From: Haliotis rubra | Lineage: Eukaryota | Length of the DNA stretch: 64,000 bases | Direction of reading: 5' to 3' | Assembly: GCF_003918875.1 (NCBI RefSeq) | Contig: NW_025767319.1 | Coordinates: forward strand, 372,001-436,000 | Part shown: in pieces, positions 1-12,589 of the stretch | Position numbering within the stretch: the first letter of the stretch is position 1 | How the letters are laid out: the number at the start of each line of letters is the position of its first letter | Notes under the pieces: model-generated | The model's input: only the letters and a program-made list of their open reading frames with translations | Told to the model about the DNA's origin: nothing | Database searches by the model: none | Translations under genes and position numbers: made by a program

Positions 1-510
1 TACATGTACTAAACAAGGGCTGATGTGCCTTTTGCTATTTAGGAATTTTAAGAAAATGAATTTGTTTCTGTTTCCATGGCAACAGGTTTTACTTTGACTC
101 TGTTCATTGTGGTGTTTGTCTGGACCATATCTCGAAAGATTGCTTGGTATTCTTTCATGAAACTGCTCAAACAAAAACCAGATTGTCAACTGCTGACTTT
201 TGTTATTAGGGATTTTTAAATTTGTATTTTTCCCTTTGACTTTGATATTGGTGTGTACCTGACTTAGAAGTACAAAGTTACGAATCTCAATTCCATGTTA
301 TTGTTTTGATAGCTCAGTAACTACTCTTGTATACTGACCGACAGATTAGACAGAAGTTCTCATCAAGTTGGACTTTAAGTAACTGTCAGATGATATTTCC
401 GTTCAAAATTTGTTGTCCGTTCAAATTGAGATTTGTGATCTTCTGATGACTCTTGTATATTGTGGCCCTGAAACTGTTACGTAATGATTTAAGGATTAAC
501 CTTTTAATTA

Positions 511-1731
511 TTATCCCCTGCTGCGCATTTACCGCGAAGCAGGGGATATAGTATTAGGCTCCGTCCGTCTGTACGTACATACGAATTGGAATATCTTAAG
601 AACCGTTCACTAGATTCTTTTCATAATTACTTGTTGGTCCCTGCCTGGCACTCGGCATTAATGGGAACATCAAGGACTGGTCGGCTCGGAGTCAGTATAA
701 TGTGTCTGAGTGGGGTATTCATGCTTCACTGCGGCATGGTATCTCAGTGGGCTAGCACTATAAAAACCCAGCTTCAGTCTGGGCTAGTACAAGCAGCCGC
801 ACATACACATACACACGCATGCACGTCGTCATATGAGCGAAATATTCTCAAGCACGACGTTAAACCCAATTTCACCTCACCTCACCTTTTCATAATTGGT
901 ACCTAGGTTCATCACAGTATAAGAAAGGTTCAAGTCAGGTTTGGTGACCTTGACCTTAATTTCAAGGTCACAAGGGGACTTTAACGTTTTACCTGCATGT
1001 TAAGCTATCTCAAGAACCTTTCTCTGGATTTTCTTCATATTCAATACAAAGCTTTATCTAGGGAAGGCGCAGGGCCCAGTTGATTTTAGTTACCTTCACA
1101 TAATTTTCAAGGTAATGGCGACACTTTGATGATTTCAGCATGTACACCTGCATGTTAAGCTATCTCAAGAACCGTTCTCTGGATTTTCTTCATGGCCCAG
1201 TCGATTTAGTGACCTTCATTTAATTTTCAAGGTCACAGAGACACTTTGAAAATTTGAGCATGTAAACCTGCATGTTAAGCTATCTCAAGAACCGTTCTCT
1301 GGATTTTCTTCATATTCAATACAAAGCTTTATCTAGGGAAGGCGCAGGGCCCAGTCGATTTTGGTGACCTTCACTTAATTTTCAAGGTCACAGAGACACT
1401 TTGAAGATTTGAGCATGTTAACCTGAATTGTCAGCAAGATATTTCAAAAACTGTTCACTGGATCTTCTTCAAAGACTTTCAAGACTTCCCTTACATGTTT
1501 TTCAATAAGCAATTTCTTTAGGACTATTTTTGCATATTTCATTCACTATGACATTCATGTCAAAGGCAGTCTTGAAAATATGTGTGTGTTTGAACACCTA
1601 AAGAGCAAGACATCAAAAGAGGTTGACGGGTCATGTTTTTGTTGACATTTAACTTAAACTTTCATTACTTTATAAGTTTGATTTGATAATTTGCGGCGGG
1701 GGATTATGTCACCTTAGTGACAATGCTTGTT
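511..1731 (+). mobile_element. Non-autonomous Helentron-associated (HINE/DINE-1-like) element with ~156-bp internal tandem units
   Basis: 5' ttatcccc sub-TIR plus hairpin, (gtcc)n microsatellite, tandem core, 3' ggggat plus gtcac..gtgac hairpin, cttgtt end; second copy at 35279. Confidence 0.7.
629..885 (+). mobile_element. 5'-truncated SINE nested in the HINE-like element
   Basis: 12-bp TSD cttttcataatt (617-628 / 886-897), (cacct)n tail; body resembles a conserved metazoan SINE central domain (from recall). Confidence 0.7.
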
Positions 1732-1948
1732 TCAATTTGGAAATGCTGTTGTAACATTATAAGGACTTGAAAATGAGTTTTTTGGTATGATAGGAAAAAA
1801 ACGTCTAACCATCATACTGACCTATGTTTCCTTGGTACATTTCAGCAATTTGTGAGTATCAAACTTGATGGTTGTTTACTTGAGTTTACACAGTATATAC
1901 ACTTTTACATTAGACATAAGATTTATGAAAATAAGTGTTTCTTTGCAG

Positions 1949-2069
1949 CGGAACTAGGTGACTACAACCCAGATGAACATAAAGATGGCTACTTGGCTGA
2001 CTTCCTCTTCATCCCATCACAGACGGATGACTTTGAGAAGATGGTGTGCGAGAAGCACAAGCAACACAG
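1949..2069 (+). CDS. PTPN4: PTPN3/4-family phosphatase, FERM exon (ELGDYNPDEHKDGYLADFLFIPSQTDDFEKMVCEKHKQHR)
   Basis: tttgcag acceptor, ag|gttagg donor, 121 nt, phase 1 to 2; ELGDY motif of band-4.1 FERM F2 lobe. Confidence 0.93.
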
Positions 2070-2475
2070 GTTAGGATACTTATCTTGTAGCTTGTCAGTG
2101 GAATCTGGTGAGGATGTTGATGGAGTAATTCGTGGCAAACATTTTCATGTGCACACTAAGTGAAAACAATCCTACAGGAATCATGTATAATTGCCTTTGT
2201 TTATATTATGTTGATGACAATATAAACTCAAACAATGCGCTCAACATCAATATATTTGATAAATGTTATGCATTGAAAGTGAGTAGTGCAGCTACTATGT
2301 TAGTAAACAATAAAGTTAAAAGTATTTTTGTTACCAAACATCACTATTATAATGTCAGAAAGTTTAGTTTGGTACCATGGATGTCTGAGACAGGCATAGA
2401 GATTTCAGATGTGTGAGGTCATGGCGGTACAGATACAGATATAAAGACTAGAAACCATGTTGACTCTGTTAAAAG

Positions 2476-2563
2476 GGGCCAGACTCCGGCAGATGCGGAG
2501 TATAACTTCTTGGACAAAGCAAAGCGTCTGGACATGTATGGGATAGATCTCCACAATGCCAGG
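2476..2563 (+). CDS. PTPN4: PTPN3/4 FERM exon (GQTPADAEYNFLDKAKRLDMYGIDLHNAR)
   Basis: aag acceptor, agg|gtaagg donor, 88 nt, in frame with previous exon; GxTPAxAE..L..A..L.MYG FERM motif. Confidence 0.93.
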
Positions 2564-2641
2564 GTAAGGGTAAGCATGTCCTGTAGTGCCCTGTGGACTC
2601 CTTGGTCTAACTCACCTCTGGTCAGTCACCTCACCATCCCA

Positions 2642-2642
<1 letters not shown>

Positions 2643-2672
<30 letters not shown>

Positions 2673-2704
2673 ACTGACTGACTGTCTGCCTGTCTGCCTG
2701 CCTA

Positions 2705-2736
<32 letters not shown>

Positions 2737-2740
2737 CTGC
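2643..2740 (+). repeat. (CTGC)n/(CTGA)n microsatellite
   Basis: Direct reading. Confidence 0.95.
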
Positions 2741-3478
2741 ATTGTTGCTTGTTACTTGTTACCTTTCCTCAACTGACATGTTAGGACTGTGGGTTTGCTA
2801 ACAACTTTAACTTTGATGCTTTTCGTGTGGATCTTGTAATTATGTCGTAACCTGATAAAGGTTGTAAGTCTGATGGGGGCTATCTGTCTTTTCCTTGTAG
2901 AGCATCACACAGGAAGTTGTCTTCCATAAGATCATGGTAATTATTGCAAAATGCTTTACGGGACCAGAGCACCCAATCCTTATCATAAGGTGGAATTAAT
3001 AAGAATGGGGATCTTCTTTGAGCGGCATTTTAGAAGTTGGGACGTACAATATTAAACAAACTTTATGAATTGTTGGAAAGTCTTTAGTGGCCAATCGTTT
3101 GACTGGGGTCTGTGGTACAAAGTAATGTTAAAGCTGCAACTGTCATTATTTTCAATTCTAGAGGCATAGTATGTAAACAAACTGAGCTCTTACTGCTTTC
3201 TGTTCTTGTTTTATCAATACAACTGGCTTTGGTCAAAGTGTGGATGTTTAGCAGTGTAACTAACTTTATATTTTGGCATGTGTTATGTTTTTGTCAGTTT
3301 TGTTTAGTTTTTACAAAGCATCCTTTGTTTAGATTTAATTTTAGTTTCTCAGCATGTTTAAAAAATAGCACATTCGATTCATTCTGCTAATGAGATCAAG
3401 ACATTGTAGTCCTGTGAGAGTAGTACAGGGTTCCTTTTGTTTCAGTATTGAGGGCATTCTCTTCCCACAGAGGTTGCT

Positions 3479-3979
3479 TGTCATATCTTCCTACGAACCT
3501 CTGTTCTAATACGGCCATATTTCACGGAACTCGTACAATCCCCTAGGGGCAAAAAATCGCAACATGAATTATCTCCCTTCTTTCTATCCAATCAGAACAC
3601 GTGTTACATCGACTTAGATCCAAGTTGACTAGGACAAGCAAATATGGGGCTACAAGTATCACTCCTCTGCCGGGGACTTGTGTTGATGTGACACACAAGA
3701 CATTTAATGGCTAGCTTGTCCATTGTCAACGAGGGTGTTGGACACGCCATTGATCCGCCATTACATGACTGAATTCTGTCTAGGAGAAATGTTTGCGCAT
3801 CGCGCAGGGGAAGAGTTTTTTGGTTTCCCGAAGCATACGGAAATTTCCGAGGCCTTGCGAATGATCACTTTTGAAACAACATCACTGATTGCACAACTAA
3901 ATCTGATTGCAACCAATTACGAATCTTGAACACTCGCTTCATGAAAGGGCCGTACAGATTTTCGTAGGAAGATATGACA
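3479..3979. mobile_element. MITE-like element with 19-bp perfect TIRs
   Basis: tgtcatatcttcctacgaa (3479-3497) and its reverse complement (3961-3979); CpG-rich interior; no clear TSD. Confidence 0.75.
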
Positions 3980-4119
3980 TGTAAACGGTGTGGGAAGAGA
4001 ATGCATTGAGGGATACTCAGTTGTTTCTGTCAACCACTGATCCATTGAGAAAACAACAACTAATATGTTGATGAGTACATTGAAGATGTGTGCTGTAACC
4101 ATGATGTGTTTGTGTGTAG

Positions 4120-4208
4120 GATCAAAGTAACATAGAAATCCAGCTGGGAGTCACATCAGCAGGCCTGGTGGTCTTCCAGAACAATGTCAAGATCAACACC
4201 TTTTCCTG
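4120..4208 (+). CDS. PTPN4: PTPN3/4 FERM-C exon (DQSNIEIQLGVTSAGLVVFQNNVKINTFSW)
   Basis: tgtag acceptor, tg|gtgagt donor, 89 nt, phase 0 to 2. Confidence 0.93.
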
Positions 4209-4252
4209 GTGAGTACCACAACACGTGTCTGCAGAATCAGGTGCCTATATTG

Positions 4253-4816
4253 TTATCCCCCGCAACGCGTTTTGCGGGGGGTATTAAAATGGACTCCGTC
4301 CGTCCGTCCGTGCACATTTGTCATTTCCGGAGCAGAACTCTAAAACCGTTTAATATTTCTTCACCAAACTTGGCACATACATAGATCTGGTGGTGTACTG
4401 GTGCCTTTTGGTAGTTTTCGAATTCTGAATAAAATATTTTTGGCGTTTCCATGGCAACAAGTTCGACTTAGACTGAAATTGGTGGTAGTGCTCTTTTCTG
4501 GAGCAGAACTCTAAAACCGTGCAATATGTCTTCACCAAACTTGGCACATAGATAGATCTGGTGGTGTACTGGTACCTTTTGTTAGTTTTGGAATTCTGAA
4601 TAAAATATTTTTGGCGTTTCCATGGCAACAAGTTTGACTTAGACTGAAATTGGTGATAGTGCTCCTTTCTGGAGCAGAACTTTCAAAACCTTTCAATACT
4701 CTCCTTCCACTTTTCTATATACACACCTAAATATTTGACATAATCATAACTCGTAGACATAATCATGAAGAGTATTTTGCCATTGCTGGGGATATTGATG
4801 ACTTTGTCTTCTTGTT
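4253..4816 (+). mobile_element. HINE-like element, second family, with 171-bp tandem units
   Basis: ttatcccccgcaa..ttgcggggg hairpin, (ccgt)n, two 171-bp units, ggggatatt..cttgtt end; related sequence at about 1-250. Confidence 0.7.
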
Positions 4817-5487
4817 ATTACTCGCCCACGGAAGATACTGCACTGTAATATTTTTATGGCAATATTACACGAGTGTAATACCGCTAGATGTATGATGTCA
4901 TAATGGTTTACAGTTATGATGCCACAATGCTAATGCCTCTGTCACAATGGCATTAGACCTTGCTTGACTCGCAAAAAGCTGAGAGTCATCAATTTATGTT
5001 GGAGAATAGTAAACAGAGTACTAAACTCACTTCTGTGAAATACCATCGTGAAAGATTTAGTATAAAACTTGCTTTTCTTCGTTTGATACCAAATCATTAA
5101 CTTGTTTAATAAAAATTGTATTACACGGAAGGTCATTTAGTATCCTCAGTATTGCATCAAGGGGGTATATATCTACATATTACTTGACTTCATGATTCCC
5201 TCATTATGTGGGACAGGTCAAACAGGTGTTTACCTGTCACTGTCTATCTAAAGTGTACCTACAGGGAGTTATATGTAACATATTGTCAAGTAGAGCCGGT
5301 ATTATGGTTCTCATATCTGCATTGTGTCATTTTGTGATGAGAATGCTATGGATCTGTTTTCTGTAATGACCAAGTTACATGCAGTATGTTTGGACAGTAG
5401 TCCCCAGTTTTATGTGGCTCACATCCCCTTTCCTGCTGTATTCCTTAAAATCTGATTTCATTTTGATTTTTGCTTGACCTCTTCCAG

Positions 5488-5551
5488 GGCCAAAATAGTC
5501 AAAATATCTTTTAAGAGGAAACAGTTCTTCATCCAACTCCGACGGGAAGCG
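5488..5551 (+). CDS. PTPN4: PTPN3/4 FERM-C exon (AKIVKISFKRKQFFIQLRREA)
   Basis: cttccag acceptor, gcg|gtgagt donor, 64 nt; KIVKISFK..QFFIQLR is typical of PTPN4. Confidence 0.95.
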
Positions 5552-6030
5552 GTGAGTGTCGAGGTGATTTGTTTTCTTTATTCTTTGTGTTGTATGTCAG
5601 TAATAAGTGAGTAGAATAGCTTGGACATTTGGACAACATGCTACGTGATGGTGTTGACAGCAGGAACTTTACCAGCATTTCACTAAAACTAAAATATACA
5701 ACCATTTCAATAGGGAACATTTCTGGTAAATTAGTAAAACATACTGTATATATGAGGGAAGACAGACCTATATGTCAAAACAGATTTCTACATAGCTTGT
5801 CTTTCCATACATTGTAGGAGCTCTCATGTAGCATTTTCTGTTGGAAAGCAACGTTGTTATCTGTTGTCAACAACCCACTGTAGCATGTTAAGAATGACAC
5901 TTGTATCACATGCTATTTTTAGGCACATTGTATCTGATGCATTGTGCTCTGTTAAGGCAGTAGTAGAGTGACAGTAAAAGAACATATATCTTTTTAATGT
6001 ACATATTTTGTGAATTTGTCTTCTATGGCT

Positions 6031-6357
6031 CAATATAGAACAAACTTTATGGATAACAACTTCTTTTATTCGTGGGGGCGGTGGGGTAGCCCAGTGGTTA
6101 AAGCGTTGGCTCGTCACGCCGAAGACCCTGGTTCGAATCCCCACATGGGTACAATGTGTGAAGCCCATTTCTGGTGTCCCCCGCCATGATGTTGCTGGAA
6201 TATTGCTAAAAGCGGCGTAAAACCAAACTCAGTCAGTCAGTCTTTTATTCGTGAGTGTGACATTTCGATGCAGATTGACAACGGTACAAGAATCTGTATC
6301 GAAACGTCGCACTCACGAATAAAACAAGTTGTTATCCATGAAGTTTGTTCTATATTG
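6031..6357. mobile_element. Fold-back element (~66-bp inverted arms), probable Penelope-like pLTR remnant, interrupted by a SINE
   Basis: After removing the SINE, caatatagaac...gatgcagatt pairs with aatctgtatc...gttctatattg. Confidence 0.65.
6075..6240 (+). mobile_element. tRNA-derived SINE, copy 1
   Basis: A box tagcccagtgg, B box ggttcgaatcc, (cagt)n tail, 13-bp TSD tcttttattcgtg. Confidence 0.92.
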
Positions 6358-6597
6358 TACTTTCCAACTTTTAAAATGCCTCTCAAAGAAGTCTTCTATG
6401 GCTTCTATAAATATCAAACAAATGATACAAAACTTATGAATACTATATGCATTGATATGGTCAGTGGTCTTGTCTTTGTATGTTTCCCAACCATTTATGT
6501 CAGTGTAGTATTGCTGTGGTATTGCACTTTCTATGCTAAAACTGGACTGTTGCTGAGTATATCTAGTTGGATCAGTGTCAGCACTGTGTTCAGATTG

Positions 6598-6762
6598 AGG
6601 GCGGTGAAGTAGCCTAGTTGTTAAATCGTTCGTTCGTCACGCCGAAGACTCGGGTTCGATTCCCCACATGGGTACAATGTGTGAAGCCCATTTCTGGTGT
6701 CCTCCACTGTGATATTTCTGGAATATTGCTGAAAGCGGCGAAAAACCATACTCACTCACTCA
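6598..6762 (+). mobile_element. tRNA-derived SINE, copy 2
   Basis: Same family, (ctca)n tail, probable TSD cagattg. Confidence 0.9.
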
Positions 6763-6784
6763 TGCAGATTGTTTGTGTTGCCAG

Positions 6785-6945
6785 AACGACAGTATTGAGA
6801 ATCTGATCGGCTTCAACATGATAAGCTACCGTTCATGCAAGAACCTATGGAAGTCATGTGTTGAACATCATACTTTCTTTCGCCTTCATCACCCAAACCC
6901 ACCATCCAAAAAGATCTTCTCAATAGGCTCCAAGTTCAGATATAG
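6785..6945 (+). CDS. PTPN4: PTPN3/4 FERM-C/FA exon (NDSIENLIGFNMISYRSCKNLWKSCVEHHTFFRLHHPNPPSKKIFSIGSKFRYS)
   Basis: ccag acceptor, ag|gtaaga donor, 161 nt; CKNLWKxCVEHHTFFRL and GSKFRY motifs. Confidence 0.96.
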
Positions 6946-8349
6946 GTAAGACATCTTGATATTTCCAAGATTATTCTTACAATGTTTATGAACACTCTTC
7001 AGCACCTTTCAAAGTTCTCAATAAAAGTTGTACTATGTTGTATTGAATGTTCAAGATGCTTGACAGTATTTAATGTTTATTGCGTGTATATTACAGACTA
7101 GTGCTTTGTGATAGGAATATTTTGAATCTTTAATGATGCAGTTTGCTTATACATTATTTAGCAAGACTTTGCTGTTTCTTGTTTGCAGTTTGATGTAGTT
7201 GAAAATAAAGTTCATCAATAGTTTGAAATGCCATATAATTGACAGTGATAAGTTGTTCTTAGAAAGATTAAGTTCATGACCAAATATGTGTTGTTGTTTT
7301 ATGTTATTGATGAACACTTTCATTGCAATGTTTGTAAGATAGCAGTAATTGTATTGATGTGGTCCTGATTTACATACTACATGCATATTACTACAGTTGC
7401 ATTCAGTAACTATGAGCAGTCAGATATCTAAACATTGCCATTGTGGAACTGTTGTGTCTCATAATGTTTTTATGAATATATCCACATATCGGTGTGGCCT
7501 CAGTTGTAACAAGCATTGGCACCCTTGTGAAGGGGGAGTAACTCTTGATGTTTGTCAGTACACTGAGGCGGTGTCTCCTTGATGAAACAGGTAAATATGC
7601 TCCTCAAGGAGTCAATAGATGTTTGTCAGTTGTAAGCGAACCTCCCCTCATATGGAAGTCTGCACGACTATGGTGGTCATGCATTGTCTGCATCAAGAGT
7701 TGTCTCCCTTTTGCCAACATGGTTTTGGGGCAATATTTCACATGTTCATCACATCTAATTATTGTTTTTGTTTTTTTTCGCTTTTCTTTCTTAACTTTTG
7801 AGAAGTCACAGATTTCTGATCAAGGGGCCTAATATCTGCATCACTTTTCAGACTGTCCTTTTTGAACACAAAACATGATCTTTTACTTTTGATCATGTGT
7901 TTGATACTCATCCCTGATAGCATTATTAAAGTAGAAACCTTTGGGTTTTGCTCTGTGAAAGAGAAAGAAGACTGCTGAAATTGACAGATTCAAAAAGATA
8001 CCATTGAGTCCCATATGGATCACTTCAAAGATTGTTGTTTGTGTGTATGATCATCAATATGTCTTTTCCTGTCTTTTCATGTAGAGTTCATCATTGACAG
8101 GATGTTTGATTGTAGATGTATATCTTTCAATAATCATTAGCAAAACTCAAAGCCATACTGTATCCTTAACATAGCTCTTAATCTGTATGAAACTACAACT
8201 CAGCTACTTTCAGTAATGGATATGATTTCAATGGTATCCTGTTTGAATTTGACGGAATGAAATGAATCTGAATTGAGACTTATATTGGGTCAACTTGATG
8301 AAATCTGAAACTAACCCGTGTTTTAACTACTAACTGGTGAATCTTCCAG

Positions 8350-8418
8350 CGGGAGAACTGAGTATCAAACGCTAGAGGAGGGTAAAAGAAGAGCCAAAAT
8401 AGACAGAACATTCTCCAG
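8350..8418 (+). CDS. PTPN4: PTPN3/4 FERM-adjacent exon (GRTEYQTLEEGKRRAKIDRTFSR)
   Basis: cttccag acceptor, ag|gtagga donor, 69 nt, phase 2 to 2; SGRTExQ FA motif. Confidence 0.93.
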
Positions 8419-11285
8419 GTAGGACCTGCAGCCATGACCCCTCCCCCTCACCCCACAGCCGAATTGGTCAGATTTCTTCTTCCCATAGTGCAGAACATGC
8501 TGCTTGCTGCTTGCACTGTAGACACACACACCATACACAGTCAGTGCTGTCACTGTTTTCTGTATACGGCCAGCACATGCACCACACTGCCTGTCGGCAT
8601 CTACGCCTGCAATTAGCATAGCTGTCTTCTAGGGCAGGTAAGGCTTGTGTATAGCTACCAGATGGTCCTACTTAAGCTTATACAGGTAGTTCAAAACTCA
8701 GGGTGCTAATTTTTTCCACGTTTTCAGGATGTCTGGACTGTAAGTCTGTGCACTCAGAGAATATACTCAGTGGTCAACTTATGTAATGGAGTAATATGGA
8801 CTGAGTATGAGATGTCTATGTATCAAAATGTCTGTATATTCTTGTATTCTGCACTCACAATAAAAATGTCTCTATTTATTTGTTTGAGCCTTGGTATCAA
8901 ATTGTCTATATATTCATCCATTCTGGACTGAATATTAACTTGACCATATCTTCTTCCACTGTAGACTGAGTACCAAAATGATCACATCTTCAATCACTTT
9001 CCACTGGCATAAAAAGAAATCATGTTCAAAATGGCATTGTGTGATCACTGTGAACTAATGGAGCTCTTGTAAAGGGCTGTCACATCATCATCTCACTTTA
9101 GCAGACACAGACATCCAAATAATCAATCCAAGGTCACAATTTATGTGACAAATTCCTGCAAGCTTTCATATCCATTTTTGTTTGTGAATAAATTATGTTT
9201 CTGTTTTTGGAAAGTATATCTGTTATTTAGTTGACTTACAAAGCTTAAATCATATTGACTTCTAAGTGCTGTGCAAAGACTATAAACGATATTGTGCAGA
9301 CATGTTGCTATCCTAAGTTTCAGCAAATTTGTTTCTCCAGTCTTGTACATTTAAAAATACAATGAACAAAGATAAATGCTTTCATGAAGCTACGACTCTT
9401 CTTACAGCTAGTATTATCTAAACAAAGATTCAGCTTTCAAGGCCTTGTGGTTATTGAGAATACCATGTTTTATATTTTTGTAAAGTAAATCATGAAAAAT
9501 CCTAAGGATTTGTATTATATGTACATGTACATGTATTTTAAGCATAAGAAGACACATGTATGACCACGTTCAGCTTCATAGTACCACCAGTTTCTTATGA
9601 GAGGAATACAGACCTATGCTTAATACACATAGCAGAGACAAAGGTTGGAGTGTCATGAAAAATAGAAATTTCTGAATATCAATCAAAGATCTTGCTATCT
9701 GGACTTCCTGAGTATGTAGATGACTGGCTTAGATATCAAATATTATATGCTAAGATGTTTCCCTGACATTTGTAAGATTTTGGTATGTTAGAGATGTAAG
9801 AGTTTAGTACTATTGTTGTCTAGCTTTCCAGGTTGAACCATGCCCGTTTATATTCTGGAGGCACATGGAACTTTGTATAAATCAACAAAGTCATTTAAAT
9901 CAGTCTATTGTTCTCTTTAGGACTCATACCTCTAAGTTGACGTATGAGTTGTATATATTGTTTAATTGAATCAACTCAGTCTGTCACATTCACTTTGTTC
10001 TACCATAACTGTGGAGCCTCTTGCCATATTATGAATTGAATGTGGGTATAAAGTTGTCAAGGTAGAAAAGGTGTATTCAACAAGCTATATGGCTGCCATG
10101 CATGTCAAATACCCCCACACAATACCCTGATGTAGTGTTCATGTCCTACTGATGTTTATGCTGATTAATAACAATAAGCATATATATTGACCTGCAGTGG
10201 TTGTCCAAAGTGTTTATGGTTTCACTGTTCTGCCTGTTCTGTAGTAACAAAATGAGATAATCCCCTCCATATAATGGTCAGGCCCTCTGTACAGGGTGTT
10301 GGAGGTCACACAAATACACAGTGCATCAGGATGGAAGAAGTTATAAGTATCCTATCAAGATAGTGGATGTAGATCATGTCAGGTTATAGTGGTCCACTAG
10401 CACCTGCTGTTATCAAGGAATGTAGCAAATATTCACAGTTCACTCCAAAAAGTAGCACTTTTTCATGCAAGTTTAATATTCAGATCCCAATTTTGAAAAT
10501 GTTCATACCAAAAATGTGTTTGGTTTTATTTGACCTTTATAAGGAAATCCATTGCAGATTTGTTAATACGACCAACATCTACGAGGACATTTTTCATTGG
10601 GCAATCTCATTCCTGCTTTATTCTCACTATTCATAGCATGTCCACCAACCTCAATCGTTCAGTGGAGATAGTTCTACCTTGCAATCATTATGTTGTTTCC
10701 ATTGGTGTTACAAGCTTATTGTTATCTCAACTGTGGAGATACCTTACGCTCATTATATCATGTCCACCAACTGGTCTTAAAGGTTTATTGTTATTCATGT
10801 CCACTGGTCTCAAGGGTTCAGTGTTATACATGCAGTAGACATACCCTGTAGTCCTGATATTACCAGGCCACCAGTCTCTAGGTTTTATTGCTGTACACGT
10901 AGGAGAGATAACTTGCAGTCGTTATATGGTGTTCACTGATCTCTAGGGGTTTATTGTTATACATGTGCAGCAAGTCTGTTTCCCAGACCGTAGAGAATAA
11001 TTATATATAGGTGGCCACCTCAAATGTAGAATCATTGGACATGTCTAGATTGCCTCTATCTTAGGCAGCTTTCTTGATTCCATTTGGGCTTTATTCCATT
11101 TTATATTTTGTAAATGTGCATTTCTGTGCCTAAAATTCAAGTCTAATGTCAACTGGTCTGAAATGGTTTTTTGTTAGACATACAGCTGAGATACCTTGAA
11201 ATCATTACCTTGTCTTAAAAGGGCTTGTGCAGTGGAGATACCTTGTATTCATGATATCATTTGAGTTACCTTCCAATCATTATTT

Positions 11286-11590
11286 CATGTCCCCCCGTCT
11301 TGATGGTCTTATTGCTGTACATGTTGTATGGTGGACCGACACTCAGAGAGATGTCATCAATGAAAATACATTTCATCCTCCATGTCCCCCCGTCTTGATG
11401 GTCTTATTGCTGTACATGTTGTATGGTGGACCGACACTCAGAGAGATGTCATCAATGAAAATACATTTCATCCTCCATGTCCCCCCGTCTTGATGGTCTT
11501 AAAACTATTGCTGTACATGTTGTATGGTGGACCGACACTCGGAGAGATGTCATCAATGAAAATACATTTCGTCCTCCATGTTCCCCCGTT
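11286..11590 (+). repeat. 95-bp minisatellite, about 3 copies
   Basis: catgtccccccgtcttg at 11286, 11381 and 11476, variant at 11577; degenerate related units upstream to about 10630. Confidence 0.9.
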
Positions 11591-12337
11591 TCAAGTCATT
11601 TGACAGTGCAGTCTTTGTAATCTTTGTGATTTTTGTTGGGCTATCTTGTACATATCAATGTACATATCATAATACAAGTGGACATGATATTTTAAGAATA
11701 TAGAGTATTGATTTTATAGCTGATTGAACTTGGTCCGTGTCTGTTCACTACCTCCTACACATGTATATAGTCACGTAGTTGTTGGTGTGGAAAGTAAGGT
11801 TCTGTCATATGTTGTGTTCTAACATGAGATATCTTGTATCTAATGATGTATTACTGCAGTGCACCTATATATACTGATGCTTACACACTGACTAAAACTA
11901 CTGACATACTGTATATCTCAGTATCAACGGTATCCCTAACATGTTCACCCCCAGCTTCATGTAACCTAGAAGACAGGAGGGCTGTCTGTATACACCTCAC
12001 AGCTCACAGTTTGATAAGTGCTGTTCTTACTCAAAAAGTTAATATGGATTAAGAAAAGTTAATCAGGTGAAGAATTTCTCAAACTTGTATATCATTACAC
12101 AGAAATAGGGATATTACGTGACAGTTGTGTTTCCATATCCTAATCAAAGTAAGAAATTATGTTTGAACATGATTAGTTTCTAAACCAAATGATATACTGC
12201 TTTTATGTGCAAAGAAATGAACACTCCTGTTATCTTCAATAAAATAAAGTAAACCCAGGTAAATGATAATGATTGTAAGAGTGGAGGAAATGTGGTGTAG
12301 GTTTGTGTGTAGCTGACCATGTGCCCCACTCCTGCAG

Positions 12338-12589
12338 GTCCCCCAGCAAGCGCTATGCACGCCGGACAGTGGGCGGGGTCAGCAGGGATGCTATACTAGA
12401 AGAGAAACGCTACATTGAGGGATACAGGAACCTAACTAAGTCACAAACATTCACCAGCAACTCCACCAACTCAACACACAACTTCAACCGCTACGATGGT
12501 GTGAACAGCCACACACGGGCCACACTCCCTCATGACTACAAGTCCAGGGCATCATGGAATGATGGAACAAGATCTGAAAAATCTGATGA
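12338..12589 (+). CDS. PTPN4: PTPN3/4 FA/linker exon (SPSKRYARRTVGG...TRSEKSD)
   Basis: cctgcag acceptor, ga|gtgagt donor, 252 nt open, phase 2 to 2; RSPSK continues the FA motif. Confidence 0.9.

Noticed and set aside
6075-6150. tRNA genes at SINE heads (also 6598, 14128, 51338)
   Set aside because: They continue into a shared body and simple-repeat tail and are flanked by TSDs, so they are SINEs
7545-7832. ORF with WKSARLWWSC, superficially like a duplicated FERM exon
   Set aside because: Similarity limited to a few residues; no compatible splice sites
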